64,000 bases of DNA from a virus: positions 7,897-71,896 of IMG/VR virus record IMGVR_UViG_3300012942_000043. One strand, 5' to 3'. Shown piece by piece: positions 48,704 to 57,710 of the stretch (position 1 is the first letter of the stretch; each line of letters opens with the position of its first letter). The notes below the pieces were generated by a model, which saw nothing but the letters and a program-made list of their open reading frames with translations, did not search any database and was not told where the DNA came from. The position numbers were made by a program, and so were the translations under genes.

Positions 48704-49795
48704 GTGCCTAGAGGTCGTCGGGCTGCTTCAGGTAACGCTACAGCTATTGATAGCGTACTGAGCGCGATCAACAAGAAGTGGCCGAACTCCATGATTATGG
48801 CGTCGGATCCTCAACTGGCCATCCGCAAGGTGCCTACTGGAATCCTGTCGCTCGATGATTTGATGAAGGGTGGCTTCGGTCGTAATCGTCACACCGAGAT
48901 CTTCGGCAGTTACAATGTTGGTAAGACGTACGTGTGTTACCGCACTATCGCCACCAATCAGAAGCTGGGTGAGAAGTGTGCTTTCATCGACGCAGAGGGC
49001 ACCTTTGATCCTACGTTTGCTACTGCGGCTGGAGTGGACGTAGACGCGCTGGCACTGACTAACCAGGAGCGGCTGGGACACGCTGAGCGAGTGATCGATG
49101 TCACCGAGACGCTGCTGCGCTCTCGGGAGTACGGAATCATTTGCATTGACTCTATTGCTTCGCTGCTGCCCAAGTCCGAACTCGAGAACGGCATGGAAGC
49201 TGGCTCGATGGGCACTGAGCAGGCTAAGCTGATGAGCAAGGCGTTGCGGAAGCTGACCGCCGCCAACTCCGACACCGCGCTGCTGTTCATCAACCAGACC
49301 CGTGAAGCTGTCGGTGTTATGTTCGGCAAGCGGTCCATCACGTCTGGTGGCAAGGCTATGGGGTTCTACGCGGCCACTCGCTTGGAGCTCACTCGTACCG
49401 ATTCCATCAAGCGGAAGTCCAAGAGGGTCAATGCTGCCACCGGAGAGTTGGTAGAGAAGGAACACATCGTTGGACACCGCGTCCTGGTCAGAGTAGAGAA
49501 GGACAAGATCGGTAGTACCCACCAGGGCGCTGAGACCACCTTCGTCTACGACTATCAATTGGGCGGCATCGACCCGATCGAAGACATCATATACCTCGGG
49601 CGCAAGTACGGACTGATCAAGAAGTCCAACAGCACTTGGTGGGTGGATGGCTACAAAGAGGATGCTCTCATCGGTCGTCCTAAGTTCAAGCGTTACCTGC
49701 GCAACAACAACCTCATCGCTGAGGAGCTCGAAGAAGGCATCCGCGAAGCGGTTCATGCAACGTTCGAACCGGACGAGGATGATGGCGAAGAGTGA
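48704..49795 (+). CDS. recA: RecA recombinase
   Basis: GSYNVGKT, FIDAE, IDSIASL, QAKLMSKALRK, FINQ, SGG. Confidence 0.95.
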   Translation: MPRGRRAASGNATAIDSVLSAINKKWPNSMIMASDPQLAIRKVPTGILSLDDLMKGGFGRNRHTEIFGSYNVGKTYVCYRTIATNQKLGEKCAFIDAEGTFDPTFATAAGVDVDALALTNQERLGHAERVIDVTETLLRSREYGIICIDSIASLLPKSELENGMEAGSMGTEQAKLMSKALRKLTAANSDTALLFINQTREAVGVMFGKRSITSGGKAMGFYAATRLELTRTDSIKRKSKRVNAATGELVEKEHIVGHRVLVRVEKDKIGSTHQGAETTFVYDYQLGGIDPIEDIIYLGRKYGLIKKSNSTWWVDGYKEDALIGRPKFKRYLRNNNLIAEELEEGIREAVHATFEPDEDDGEE

Positions 49796-49809
49796 ATTGA
49801 GGAGAACTC

Positions 49810-50304
49810 ATGCGCACCTTCGTTGATTTGGCTAACAAGATCTCGGAATACTCATCCTGCTCTCGCCGCAAGGTGGGAGCGGTACTAGTTCTCAATGAAC
49901 TGGTACTAGGAACTGGGTTCAACACCACTCCGATTGGTGTGCCGCTATGTAGTGACGGCGGATGTCCTCGTGGCAACCTCACACACGCTGAAGCTGTTCC
50001 GCTAGACTACAGCGTGCATCCGTGCATTGCCACCCATGCAGAGATGAACGCGCTATCAACCGCATCCAGAAACACAACTGGCTCATCTGAGGTTTACCAT
50101 CGCAGTATGACTATGGTGGTGAATCACGAGTGTTGCTCTGGCTGTCTCGAACACTTAGCTGAAGAAGGCATCGGTCGAGTGCTGATGCAGATTCAGGAAT
50201 TCACTGATGATCAGTGGTCTCCTACTGGAGAATTGCGAGAGGTCTACCTTGGCGACGACGGTGCGTATATCAGTGACGATCTTCGGCATCGAGCATTCGG
50301 TTGA
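49810..50304 (+). CDS. dCMP deaminase
   Basis: SSCSRRKVGA, TGFN, HAEMNA, CSGC. Confidence 0.88.
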   Translation: MRTFVDLANKISEYSSCSRRKVGAVLVLNELVLGTGFNTTPIGVPLCSDGGCPRGNLTHAEAVPLDYSVHPCIATHAEMNALSTASRNTTGSSEVYHRSMTMVVNHECCSGCLEHLAEEGIGRVLMQIQEFTDDQWSPTGELREVYLGDDGAYISDDLRHRAFG

Positions 50305-50405
50305 GATCTTTCAAGAGAGCGACGATGTCACTGTGGAGTCGGTCCAGCGTACGATCAGCAAAGCTGCTGTAGTGGCGTGCAACCTTATCGACAACGGTTC
50401 TGGAC

Positions 50406-50723
50406 ATGACGTTCCCTAGCTGGTGGGAGAAGAGTCGAGAGTCGAACAATCGCGAGTCTCGAAAGCAAGAGAGCAACTACGCCGTGAAGAACGGCGGTAA
50501 GGTGCAAGCCGGTTCAGGTTCATCGCACCGGGCCAAGGGAGACGTCAAGCATGGCGAGTCTCTCACTGAAATGAAGTTCACAGCCAAAGGCAGCTACTCC
50601 CTCACTGCTACTACCATGAAGAAGATCATCGGTGCTGCGGATCAGCTGGGCCGTGAGGCTGAGATGGTGATCGACTTCACGTCCCATGGCATTCGTGCCG
50701 TAGTGAGGTTTGAAGAGCTATGA
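50406..50723 (+). CDS. PD-(D/E)xK nuclease, Holliday junction resolvase-like
   Basis: QE...GSG...KGDV...EMK. Confidence 0.65.
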   Translation: MTFPSWWEKSRESNNRESRKQESNYAVKNGGKVQAGSGSSHRAKGDVKHGESLTEMKFTAKGSYSLTATTMKKIIGAADQLGREAEMVIDFTSHGIRAVVRFEEL

Positions 50724-50822
50724 CGATACACCAGTTGCTAGTAATACTGGCAGTGCTTGGCATCATTGTGGTGTTGCTGATGATTGTGGCGCTGCTACTA
50801 TTTATTCGACTGGCAAGGCGAG

Positions 50823-51005
50823 ATGACGACTGATCAAGATGTAGCTACTGCAGCTGGTCTGCGCATAGCGGCAGACGAAGTCCACCGCGAGGTGCGGTTT
50901 CAGATTGAGATGAAGCTGCGGGGTCGTCCTATCACAGATCCGGTAGAGCGTCTAATAGATATTGAAAAGGCGCTACGATTTAGGGCAGAACAGCTAGTAC
51001 AATGA
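50823..51005 (+). CDS. Hypothetical protein
   Basis: ATGA overlap with the next gene. Confidence 0.55.
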   Translation: MTTDQDVATAAGLRIAADEVHREVRFQIEMKLRGRPITDPVERLIDIEKALRFRAEQLVQ

Positions 51006-51199
51006 CGCGAGTGAGTTTGACTACGTACCTGAATAAGGATGTCACCGATATGGTACGTGGCACATCGAAGAGGTTTGGCATCAGTGCGAACCAGTACCTG
51101 AAGGCTTTGCTGCTGCGAGAGCACGGTCACCTTCCGCACGACTTCTTCGGTTCAGCTTGGTCTCCTGATAGGCGATCTCAATACCTCCGAGGTAAGTAG
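51002..51199 (+). CDS. Ribbon-helix-helix DNA-binding protein
   Basis: LTTYL...GISANQYLKALL. Confidence 0.6.
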   Translation: MTRVSLTTYLNKDVTDMVRGTSKRFGISANQYLKALLLREHGHLPHDFFGSAWSPDRRSQYLRGK

Positions 51200-51208
51200 A
51201 ATACTTCT

Positions 51209-52090
51209 ATGCCAGCACGCGAGCGCAAGACACTCAGCCAACTTGTCAAGAACATGAAGGCACAGGAGGTTGAGCCTCTGCGCGCCTTGATTGATGAGTA
51301 CCTGCTGAAGCGCGACAAGGCTCCGGAGCGGTACGATGGCCACCACATTACCATGGTGCCTCGACCACGCCCTCCTGGCCGTCTCAGCCCCAGCGCGGTC
51401 TACTCTTGCCAGCGCCAAGCCATCTTTCGCTTCACTGGTACGCGCGGGTCCCGAGTGTTGGATCCGGACCAGGAGTTGCTGTTCGAGGATGGCAACTGGC
51501 GTCACCACAAGTGGCAGTACATCTTCTATGACATGGAGAGAGTGCTTGGACGCAATCGCTTTCGGGTGCTGGCCATCGAGAAGTTCGTCACCATCCCGGA
51601 TCTGTATGTGGCAGGGTCACTTGACGTCCTTATCGCTATCCGCATTAACGGTAAGTGGCGAAAGTACGTCATTGACATTAAGGGTATCAATGACCGTGGA
51701 TTTACCTGGATTAACCAGTCTGGCGCTCCGAAAGACGACAACGTCCGCCAGCTGCTCCTGTACATGAAGGCAGTCAACGTACGGCGTGGCATCCTGCTGT
51801 ATGACAACAAGAACAACAATCGACCCAAGACATTCACGGTAGATTTCAACACTGAGCATTGGGAGCAGGTGCAGCAGTGGGTGGATGAAACCATCACTCT
51901 GTTGCAGAAGAAGAAGATGCCGCACCGTGATATTTCCTGCACTCCTGGTAGCATGCTGCAGGAGTCGTGCTTCTACTCGCGGCTGTGTTGGGGACAGAAG
52001 GACAACGAGGACCTCCGACAGCTTGCGTACAATTCTCGTAGCTGGCCTGGCCTGGACGCCGCATGGGAGCGGAGTCTGACTATCGTATAG
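51209..52090 (+). CDS. Cas4-like PD-(D/E)xK exonuclease
   Basis: LSPS...CQR, G..H, GSLD, IDIK, QLLLYM, C-terminal Cys cluster. Confidence 0.82.
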   Translation: MPARERKTLSQLVKNMKAQEVEPLRALIDEYLLKRDKAPERYDGHHITMVPRPRPPGRLSPSAVYSCQRQAIFRFTGTRGSRVLDPDQELLFEDGNWRHHKWQYIFYDMERVLGRNRFRVLAIEKFVTIPDLYVAGSLDVLIAIRINGKWRKYVIDIKGINDRGFTWINQSGAPKDDNVRQLLLYMKAVNVRRGILLYDNKNNNRPKTFTVDFNTEHWEQVQQWVDETITLLQKKKMPHRDISCTPGSMLQESCFYSRLCWGQKDNEDLRQLAYNSRSWPGLDAAWERSLTIV

Positions 52091-52099
52091 GAGTGAGTA

Positions 52100-52588
52100 G
52101 TGAAGATCGTTCTGTTCGACATCGACGGAGTGGTAGCCGATGCTTCAGACCGTTTCACCACACTGTACGATGGTTGTCATCAACCTGATTGGAAGCCGGA
52201 TTGGTATCGCTTCCATGACGAGCGCATGGATATTGATCCAGTCATTCCTGGCGGAGCAGCTATGCTGCGTGCGGCGTATTACCACATGCCTTCGGTTGCA
52301 GTAGGATTAATTACCAATCGCTTAGATAAGTTCCGTCACCGCACTCGCGTCTGGCTAGCTAACAACGCGCTACCGTACGACCACTTGTTTATGCGCGGTG
52401 AGCACGATTATACCAACTTCAAGGGACACATCCTAGACAACTTGTTGAGTCAGGGTTGCACCATATTATATGGAGTAGACGACGACCCGTTGCACCGCGA
52501 AGTTTACGAGAAGCGCGGTATCCCATTTGTGTATTTCCACTCAGGTTACAACGAGTTGTCGCATTTGATTAGGGAGCGCGAGGCATGA
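52100..52588 (+). CDS. HAD-superfamily phosphatase (PNKP-like)
   Basis: FDIDGVVAD, ITNR, LFMR, K, VDDD. Confidence 0.85.
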   Translation: MKIVLFDIDGVVADASDRFTTLYDGCHQPDWKPDWYRFHDERMDIDPVIPGGAAMLRAAYYHMPSVAVGLITNRLDKFRHRTRVWLANNALPYDHLFMRGEHDYTNFKGHILDNLLSQGCTILYGVDDDPLHREVYEKRGIPFVYFHSGYNELSHLIREREA

Positions 52589-52830
52589 GTATTTCTAAAG
52601 GTATCTGGTATGACCGTGTGCCCAGCACCAGACATTTCGAGAAGTTGTTCGAGTACGCTCACCTGCCGAACAACCTACAGGATATCAGCGCTCCTTTCGC
52701 GTCACTTGCGTTGCTGATGCTGCACTCGCTTGAGGACGGTCCGGAACTGACCACCTGCCTACGCAAGCTGCTGGAGTCTAAGGACTGCGCGGTGCGGCAA
52801 GCATTGATCGATCAGCGAAATCAGCAGTAG
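52585..52830 (+). CDS. Small helical-hairpin phage protein, candidate immune-signal sponge
   Basis: FEYAHLP..LQ..S.PF...GPE...LRKLLESKDCAVR. Confidence 0.75.
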   Translation: MSISKGIWYDRVPSTRHFEKLFEYAHLPNNLQDISAPFASLALLMLHSLEDGPELTTCLRKLLESKDCAVRQALIDQRNQQ

Positions 52831-52832
52831 TC

Positions 52833-53045
52833 ATGAGACCGACTAGATCATTCACCGCCAACTGGGGCGGTACATGCTCAGCATGCGATCGTCGCTTCCC
52901 TGAAGGCACTCAGATCGTGGGTGACGGTTTTGGTGACTATATGCACCTGGAATGTCCGGAAGACTCGAACGAAGTAGTCGATGCGCAAGCGTTGAGAGCA
53001 CCACGTTGCACATCGTGCGGTCTGAACCATCCTGGAGAGTGCTGA
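52833..53045 (+). CDS. Zinc-finger protein
   Basis: CSAC...HxxC...CTSC...HPGEC. Confidence 0.65.
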   Translation: MRPTRSFTANWGGTCSACDRRFPEGTQIVGDGFGDYMHLECPEDSNEVVDAQALRAPRCTSCGLNHPGEC

Positions 53046-53404
53046 TGAGCAAGGACGAGAAGAGCGCCGCTGAGCTCCTTCGCGAAGTAGCGGCTGCGAA
53101 TCCTGAAGCGCACAATGCGGCACTGGCTCGTGGTTACGGCGTAGGACCTGCACCTTTGCACATTTCTGACGAAGCTGTAAAGAAAGCAGCGGCAGTTTTG
53201 TATGGCAGGAACCCCAGCGGTATTCACTTAGACTTTGCTCGTCTAGCACTAGAATCCGTCTACGACGATATTGCGGTACAGGTGCTGACAGAGCTAGCTG
53301 ATGAGGTGCACAAGGAATCACAGACCTACGGCTCATCCATGGCGAAGCTGTTGCAGGACCGCGCGGTATGGCTTCGCATGCGAGTGGCGAGGATTAGGCG
53401 ATGA
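53045..53404 (+). CDS. Hypothetical protein
   Basis: TGATG overlap, GGAG RBS. Confidence 0.65.
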   Translation: MSKDEKSAAELLREVAAANPEAHNAALARGYGVGPAPLHISDEAVKKAAAVLYGRNPSGIHLDFARLALESVYDDIAVQVLTELADEVHKESQTYGSSMAKLLQDRAVWLRMRVARIRR

Positions 53405-53586
53405 GTTGCCCTATCTGCTCACTCGATCATGGTTTCCATGACGATGAAGTGCATGCGGCTAAAGTAACCATCCCGCGAGATAAACTTATCATTAAGCCTG
53501 CAGAGCAAGGTGGGTGCCGCAACTGCGGAGCATCATTCGGTGCACCCGGTGCTAACGGTTGTCGGCACCCTCGTCACGAAAGCTGA
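53401..53586 (+). CDS. Small Cys/His-rich protein
   Basis: CPIC...H...CRNC. Confidence 0.6.
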   Translation: MSCPICSLDHGFHDDEVHAAKVTIPRDKLIIKPAEQGGCRNCGASFGAPGANGCRHPRHES

Positions 53587-53592
53587 CATACT

Positions 53593-53964
53593 ATGGCGAA
53601 CTACCCTGAAGGCGTGACCGGACGTGAGTCGCAGATTGTCGGTCCGGATGAAGTCATGGCTGAGCGTGCCTGCAACGCTACCGACGTCACGCTCACCTCG
53701 TTGAGCTCTCGAGACCGTGAGCGGCTGCTCCGTGTCCAGGAGTATGACACGGTTGAAGTTTGCAAGCAAGAAGTGGCCATCGTCGTGGCGAACACTTCAA
53801 ACTCCGTAACATTTGCTGAGTGCCCTTTTGAGGGCGAGGTGCTGCTGTCAACGTTCGCGCACGAGTCCTCATGGACTTGTCCGCTGTGCGGCACTGAGCA
53901 CAACGAAGAGTACGACCGAGACGATGAACGCGAGTACGAACCGGAGGACTACTACGATGCGTAA
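53593..53964 (+). CDS. Hypothetical protein
   Basis: NYPEGVT...WTCPLCG. Confidence 0.65.
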   Translation: MANYPEGVTGRESQIVGPDEVMAERACNATDVTLTSLSSRDRERLLRVQEYDTVEVCKQEVAIVVANTSNSVTFAECPFEGEVLLSTFAHESSWTCPLCGTEHNEEYDRDDEREYEPEDYYDA

Positions 53965-54328
53965 TACCCCCAAGGAGACCTACGACCACAAGTACGAGCG
54001 CTACAGCAAGCAGATGAACGGCGGTGCGCTGACCAACAAGCAGCTAAAACGGCTGGGCGGCTCCACAGGGCGTTCTCTGTCGCTGGCTGAGCCGATTACC
54101 CTGGTGGCTCCCGTTCAGCCAGCAGAGGCGCCCACAGCCCCTTCCACGGTCGAGGTTGAGCACCTGCTGCACCGGATCAAGTCGCTTCCGGACGGTCATT
54201 ACCACCTGGACCTCACTGACACCACAGTAGAGCGGGTGCGTTCTCGAGTGCGCACCGCAGCGAAGCGAGCCAACCGAGTCTACAAGACTGCCACTGCAGG
54301 TAACCTGCTCCGAGTCACGCTGGGGTAG
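53957..54328 (+). CDS. Hypothetical protein
   Basis: GGAGG RBS. Confidence 0.65.
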   Translation: MRNTPKETYDHKYERYSKQMNGGALTNKQLKRLGGSTGRSLSLAEPITLVAPVQPAEAPTAPSTVEVEHLLHRIKSLPDGHYHLDLTDTTVERVRSRVRTAAKRANRVYKTATAGNLLRVTLG

Positions 54329-54333
54329 CACTC

Positions 54334-54540
54334 ATGAGCCGTCGCGGGGTGCCTAGGTCGATGTATCTAGGCACCCGCACGCTTCTTGCGATGACTTGCA
54401 GAACTTGCGGTCACCTGCTAGGACCGCATCATTTCAGCAGGAGATGGTGCAAAGGCGGATCGTACTATGACCGTCGATGCTTGAGATGCCGATGGGTTCA
54501 CCTAGAGCGGTCTCCAGGTAGAAAGAGGATCCCAGGATGA
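54334..54540 (+). CDS. Zinc-finger protein
   Basis: CRTC...F...CLRC. Confidence 0.55.
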   Translation: MSRRGVPRSMYLGTRTLLAMTCRTCGHLLGPHHFSRRWCKGGSYYDRRCLRCRWVHLERSPGRKRIPG

Positions 54541-54561
54541 TAGAATGCGCGGTGTGTAACA

Positions 54562-54906
54562 GTGACCGAGAAATCCACGAAGAACCGGGCGAGCGGCACA
54601 CGACGTACTGTTGCCACGACTGCTGGTCGTCGTGGTACATCGACGAAGCAGGAGAGCTCCACATCCTTGACAACTGAGCAGTACGCTCAGGTGGTGGTGG
54701 GCACCGTCGAGCCGCTACTGGAACTGTTCGCGGTACTGGATGCGGTGTTCACCGAAGACGACGCCATGACCTTGCATAAGCAGGTCAGCCTAGGGCGGTG
54801 CTACGAAGCCTGGCAGAGAGCTCGTCAGAAGCTAGACCCAGAGTGGTCGAAGGATGAGCGCCCACGCCGTCGCATTGGGGTGCGTCGAGGCGATCGGTTG
54901 CGGTGA
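54562..54906 (+). CDS. Hypothetical protein
   Basis: Open frame; TAGAAT upstream. Confidence 0.6.
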   Translation: MTEKSTKNRASGTRRTVATTAGRRGTSTKQESSTSLTTEQYAQVVVGTVEPLLELFAVLDAVFTEDDAMTLHKQVSLGRCYEAWQRARQKLDPEWSKDERPRRRIGVRRGDRLR

Positions 54907-55225
54907 CTTGCTCAAAGTTGTTTACCGCTTGAAGCGGATATAGTCCGATACATGCTTCGAGGAACCCTATGAATCCGAGGCTCGTGAGCTGGGTTCCGTT
55001 CGGTTTCTGAGCAGATGCTCAGTATGTCTGACGTAGAAACTCCTCACACCCCTCTGAAACATAGGGACGTATTTAAGCAGGCTTAACTCAGGTATGCGTG
55101 CTTGAGCTGTCGAACATCTTGGGCAACATCTTGGGTGAGTGATTCATTAGGACCAGTACTGGTTCGATCAGAAGTGTGTCATCATGTGATCCAACGATCA
55201 CGGTGATCGTCGGTTGGCTACCGGA
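54907..55225. other. Palindrome-dense non-coding region; candidate ncRNA or cis element
   Basis: No ORF of 60 aa or more; at least seven hairpins and a tandem AACATCTTGGG repeat. Confidence 0.5.
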
Positions 55226-55233
55226 GGCACGCA

Positions 55234-55593
55234 GTGCTTGTTGATCCCAATAATTTCCCACCCTGCACCGAGGACATGGAGTTGTTCTACTCCCCGGTGG
55301 ACGACGGCAGGACCGAGATTGGGCGAGACGAGCGCGAATCCTTAGCTGGTATTATTTGTACCAGCTGCCCTTACAAGTTGAGGTGCTTGGAGTACGCGCT
55401 CGTAACGGGTCAAGACTACGGAGTGTGGGGTGGCCTAGGTGAAGGTGAACGTAGGAAATTCAAGGAGCACCTGATCGCGGAAGGGTACGACAAGGGTGAG
55501 TACCCCGCCGGTCGAGAGCTCAAGTCATCCTTGGTTGAGTACTACGAGTCCCTCCCCACACCTTCCGAGCGGTATCTAGGACAAGCTTCATGA
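55234..55593 (+). CDS. whiB: WhiB-family transcription factor
   Basis: C...LFY...CTSCPYKLRC...YGVWGG..E.ER; GGAGG RBS. Confidence 0.9.
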   Translation: MLVDPNNFPPCTEDMELFYSPVDDGRTEIGRDERESLAGIICTSCPYKLRCLEYALVTGQDYGVWGGLGEGERRKFKEHLIAEGYDKGEYPAGRELKSSLVEYYESLPTPSERYLGQAS

Positions 55594-56066
55594 GGATCAT
55601 GGGGTTGGACCTGAGTCTGTCAGGCACCGGCCTAGCGGTGTTAGATGAGCACCTCGAACCTGTTCATCTAGAGCGCATCAGCACCACCACCAAGGACGGC
55701 AGCACGGTGGAGCGGAGCGACTACATCGCCACTATCATTGGTGAGCGGGTCGAGAAGTTCCATCCAGAGTGCATAGTTATCGAAGAGTACGCCTTCTCGA
55801 AATCTGGTTCCAAGCTGGGAGAGCTCGGCGGCATCGTCAAGCGTCAGCTGTGGATCACTACTGGGGTGTCGGAGTGCTGGATTACAGCAGCTTCCACTTC
55901 GGTGAAAAAGTTGGTAACTGGAAGTGGTCATGCCTCGAAAGAAGATATGATCGCAGAAGTCAACGCACAGCTTAATCTGACGATGTTCGATCGTAAGGTG
56001 TCGCATGACAATAACGTATGCGACGCGCTAGGATTGTGTTTGTGGGCGGCTGACAAAATTGCGTAA
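55590..56066 (+). CDS. ruvC: RuvC-like resolvase
   Basis: MGLDLSLSGTG, IEE, KKLVTGSGHASKE, DALG. Confidence 0.9.
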   Translation: MRIMGLDLSLSGTGLAVLDEHLEPVHLERISTTTKDGSTVERSDYIATIIGERVEKFHPECIVIEEYAFSKSGSKLGELGGIVKRQLWITTGVSECWITAASTSVKKLVTGSGHASKEDMIAEVNAQLNLTMFDRKVSHDNNVCDALGLCLWAADKIA

Positions 56067-56074
56067 AATGTTGT

Positions 56075-56488
56075 ATGCCCAAGAAGAAGCCTGTCACTGA
56101 CGCTGCCCCCGAACCGCGCACTATCGAAGGGTACGACATCGTTGCACTGCCTTCGGCCTGGCATCAGATCGTGGGGTTGTGCACCACTGGTGCGGAGTCG
56201 GTGTGGTCTCCGCTGTTCTTCGCTCGCAATGCGCAGGAGGCTAAGCGGTTCCTCGGAGTAGTGCTAGATGAGTCGGACAAGCCGATCTATGACAACTACG
56301 ACGACTTCGCCATTCTCGAGCCGGAACTTCACCACACTGTCCCCTCGCACGTACGCGGGCTAGAACGTACCTACCTGGAGAGCAACTCCGAAGCCACTAA
56401 GGGTAAGCGCAAGGCGCTGATGGAAGCTCGCGCTGGCATGACAGCAGAAACCACTCGTCGCGGTACTCGGGGACGTCGCGGCCGATGA
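56075..56488 (+). CDS. Hypothetical protein
   Basis: TAAAAT 5 nt before the ATG. Confidence 0.7.
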   Translation: MPKKKPVTDAAPEPRTIEGYDIVALPSAWHQIVGLCTTGAESVWSPLFFARNAQEAKRFLGVVLDESDKPIYDNYDDFAILEPELHHTVPSHVRGLERTYLESNSEATKGKRKALMEARAGMTAETTRRGTRGRRGR

Positions 56489-56651
56489 TGCGCTACCTGC
56501 GCCGACGGCGTTACCGTCCTCGCCATGCGCAGTGCCTTGGTGATATGCAGACCTACAGAACGCGGTACTGCGAAGTGCGTTGGCACGAACACAATGGTAG
56601 ATTCCGCTCAGTAGTGTAGTACGGTGGTAGTCAAGCCACTGGAGGTGCACG

Positions 56652-56807
56652 ATGGCCAAAGACAATCGCAATGCCTCTGAGCATGCTCGACTCAAAGCAG
56701 CAGTGCAGAAGATCAGCCGACTGCTAGAGGGTGGTTACGAAGAACCGCAGCATCTCAAAGATGATATCAGAATGATCTTTGACGAGCACCACATCGGAAC
56801 GGACTGA
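56652..56807 (+). CDS. 51-aa hypothetical protein, not in the ORF track
   Basis: GGAGG RBS; MAKDNRNASEHARLK... Confidence 0.6.
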   Translation: MAKDNRNASEHARLKAAVQKISRLLEGGYEEPQHLKDDIRMIFDEHHIGTD

Positions 56808-56825
56808 ATCGCGTCAAATATCTGT

Positions 56826-57209
56826 ATGACACAGAAGTACGCGACCGAACGTGAAGTGCTGGCAGCTGCGCGGCAATGGTCTGACGAAGTGCTGCGGTGC
56901 CGCACCTACGGACACAATTGGCAGCCGCGCAATGCGGTCATCAACCGACGTCACAAGTTCATTTACGTAGAGCAGGAATGCTCCACCTGTCACACTGTGC
57001 GCCATCAAGAGATGTCGATGCGCGGAGCGGTGTACGCCCAATGGTACACATACATCGATGGCTATCTGCTGGACGGTGTCGGTAGGATCGCGGGCGAGGG
57101 CCGTGACGCTGTGCGGATCAGCACCGTCATGCGCACCTACAACGCCACCACAGACAGCAGCAACGAGCCACGGTCATCCAACACTCGCCAAGTTATCGAA
57201 GAAGGCTGA
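56826..57209 (+). CDS. Zinc-binding hypothetical protein
   Basis: CRTYGHNW...CSTC. Confidence 0.7.
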   Translation: MTQKYATEREVLAAARQWSDEVLRCRTYGHNWQPRNAVINRRHKFIYVEQECSTCHTVRHQEMSMRGAVYAQWYTYIDGYLLDGVGRIAGEGRDAVRISTVMRTYNATTDSSNEPRSSNTRQVIEEG

Positions 57210-57210
57210 C

Positions 57211-57696
57211 ATGCAGGAATTAGTCGTTCAGCACTGGTGCGATTTCTGTTATAAGGAGTCACGCATTAAGGCCAAGTCAGTCAACACACATGTGGTGAAA
57301 ATTGACGGAGCAAAACCGCGTCTCATTGAGATGTGCGACGATCATGATAGTATGGTGTCGGCGCTGCTTGAATCCATCATCGCCTGTGGCACTGTAGAGC
57401 AGGATGGTACCGCCCCGCCGCGCTCGCGCAAGACACCGAAGAAGGCGGCGGCTCCTGTAGAGGTAGCGAAGAAAGATGTTATCCTGGCACGAGTCATTAA
57501 CGCGATTGCCCGCACCTTCCAGGTGGAGCCGACTCCTGAGTTCATGGCCAACATCTCGTACGACGATTTCTATGGCATGAAGAACATCGGCCTCGCCTGT
57601 GCCATTAAGCTCAATCAGCACCTGGCGCAGTTCGGACTTCACAACGACAACATCGAAGAGCCGGAAGATCAACGCAGCGGTCCTGCAATTCGCTGA
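57211..57696 (+). CDS. Lsr2-like N-terminal domain fused to an RNAP alpha-CTD-like HhH domain
   Basis: IDG...IEMC..H...II.CG; ARVINAI...DDFYGMKNIG...LAQFGL. Confidence 0.7.
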   Translation: MQELVVQHWCDFCYKESRIKAKSVNTHVVKIDGAKPRLIEMCDDHDSMVSALLESIIACGTVEQDGTAPPRSRKTPKKAAAPVEVAKKDVILARVINAIARTFQVEPTPEFMANISYDDFYGMKNIGLACAIKLNQHLAQFGLHNDNIEEPEDQRSGPAIR

Positions 57697-57710
57697 GTAG
57701 AATTTGTACT

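Noticed and set aside
54900..54950. GATATAGTCC resembling the group I intron S element
   Set aside because: The upstream partner reads GACTT, not GACTA, so P7 is mismatched; no interrupted gene or other core elements are evident.
55155..55175. GGTTCGATC as a tRNA T-loop
   Set aside because: No 5-bp T stem, cloverleaf or acceptor stem; no tRNA genes recognised anywhere in the window.
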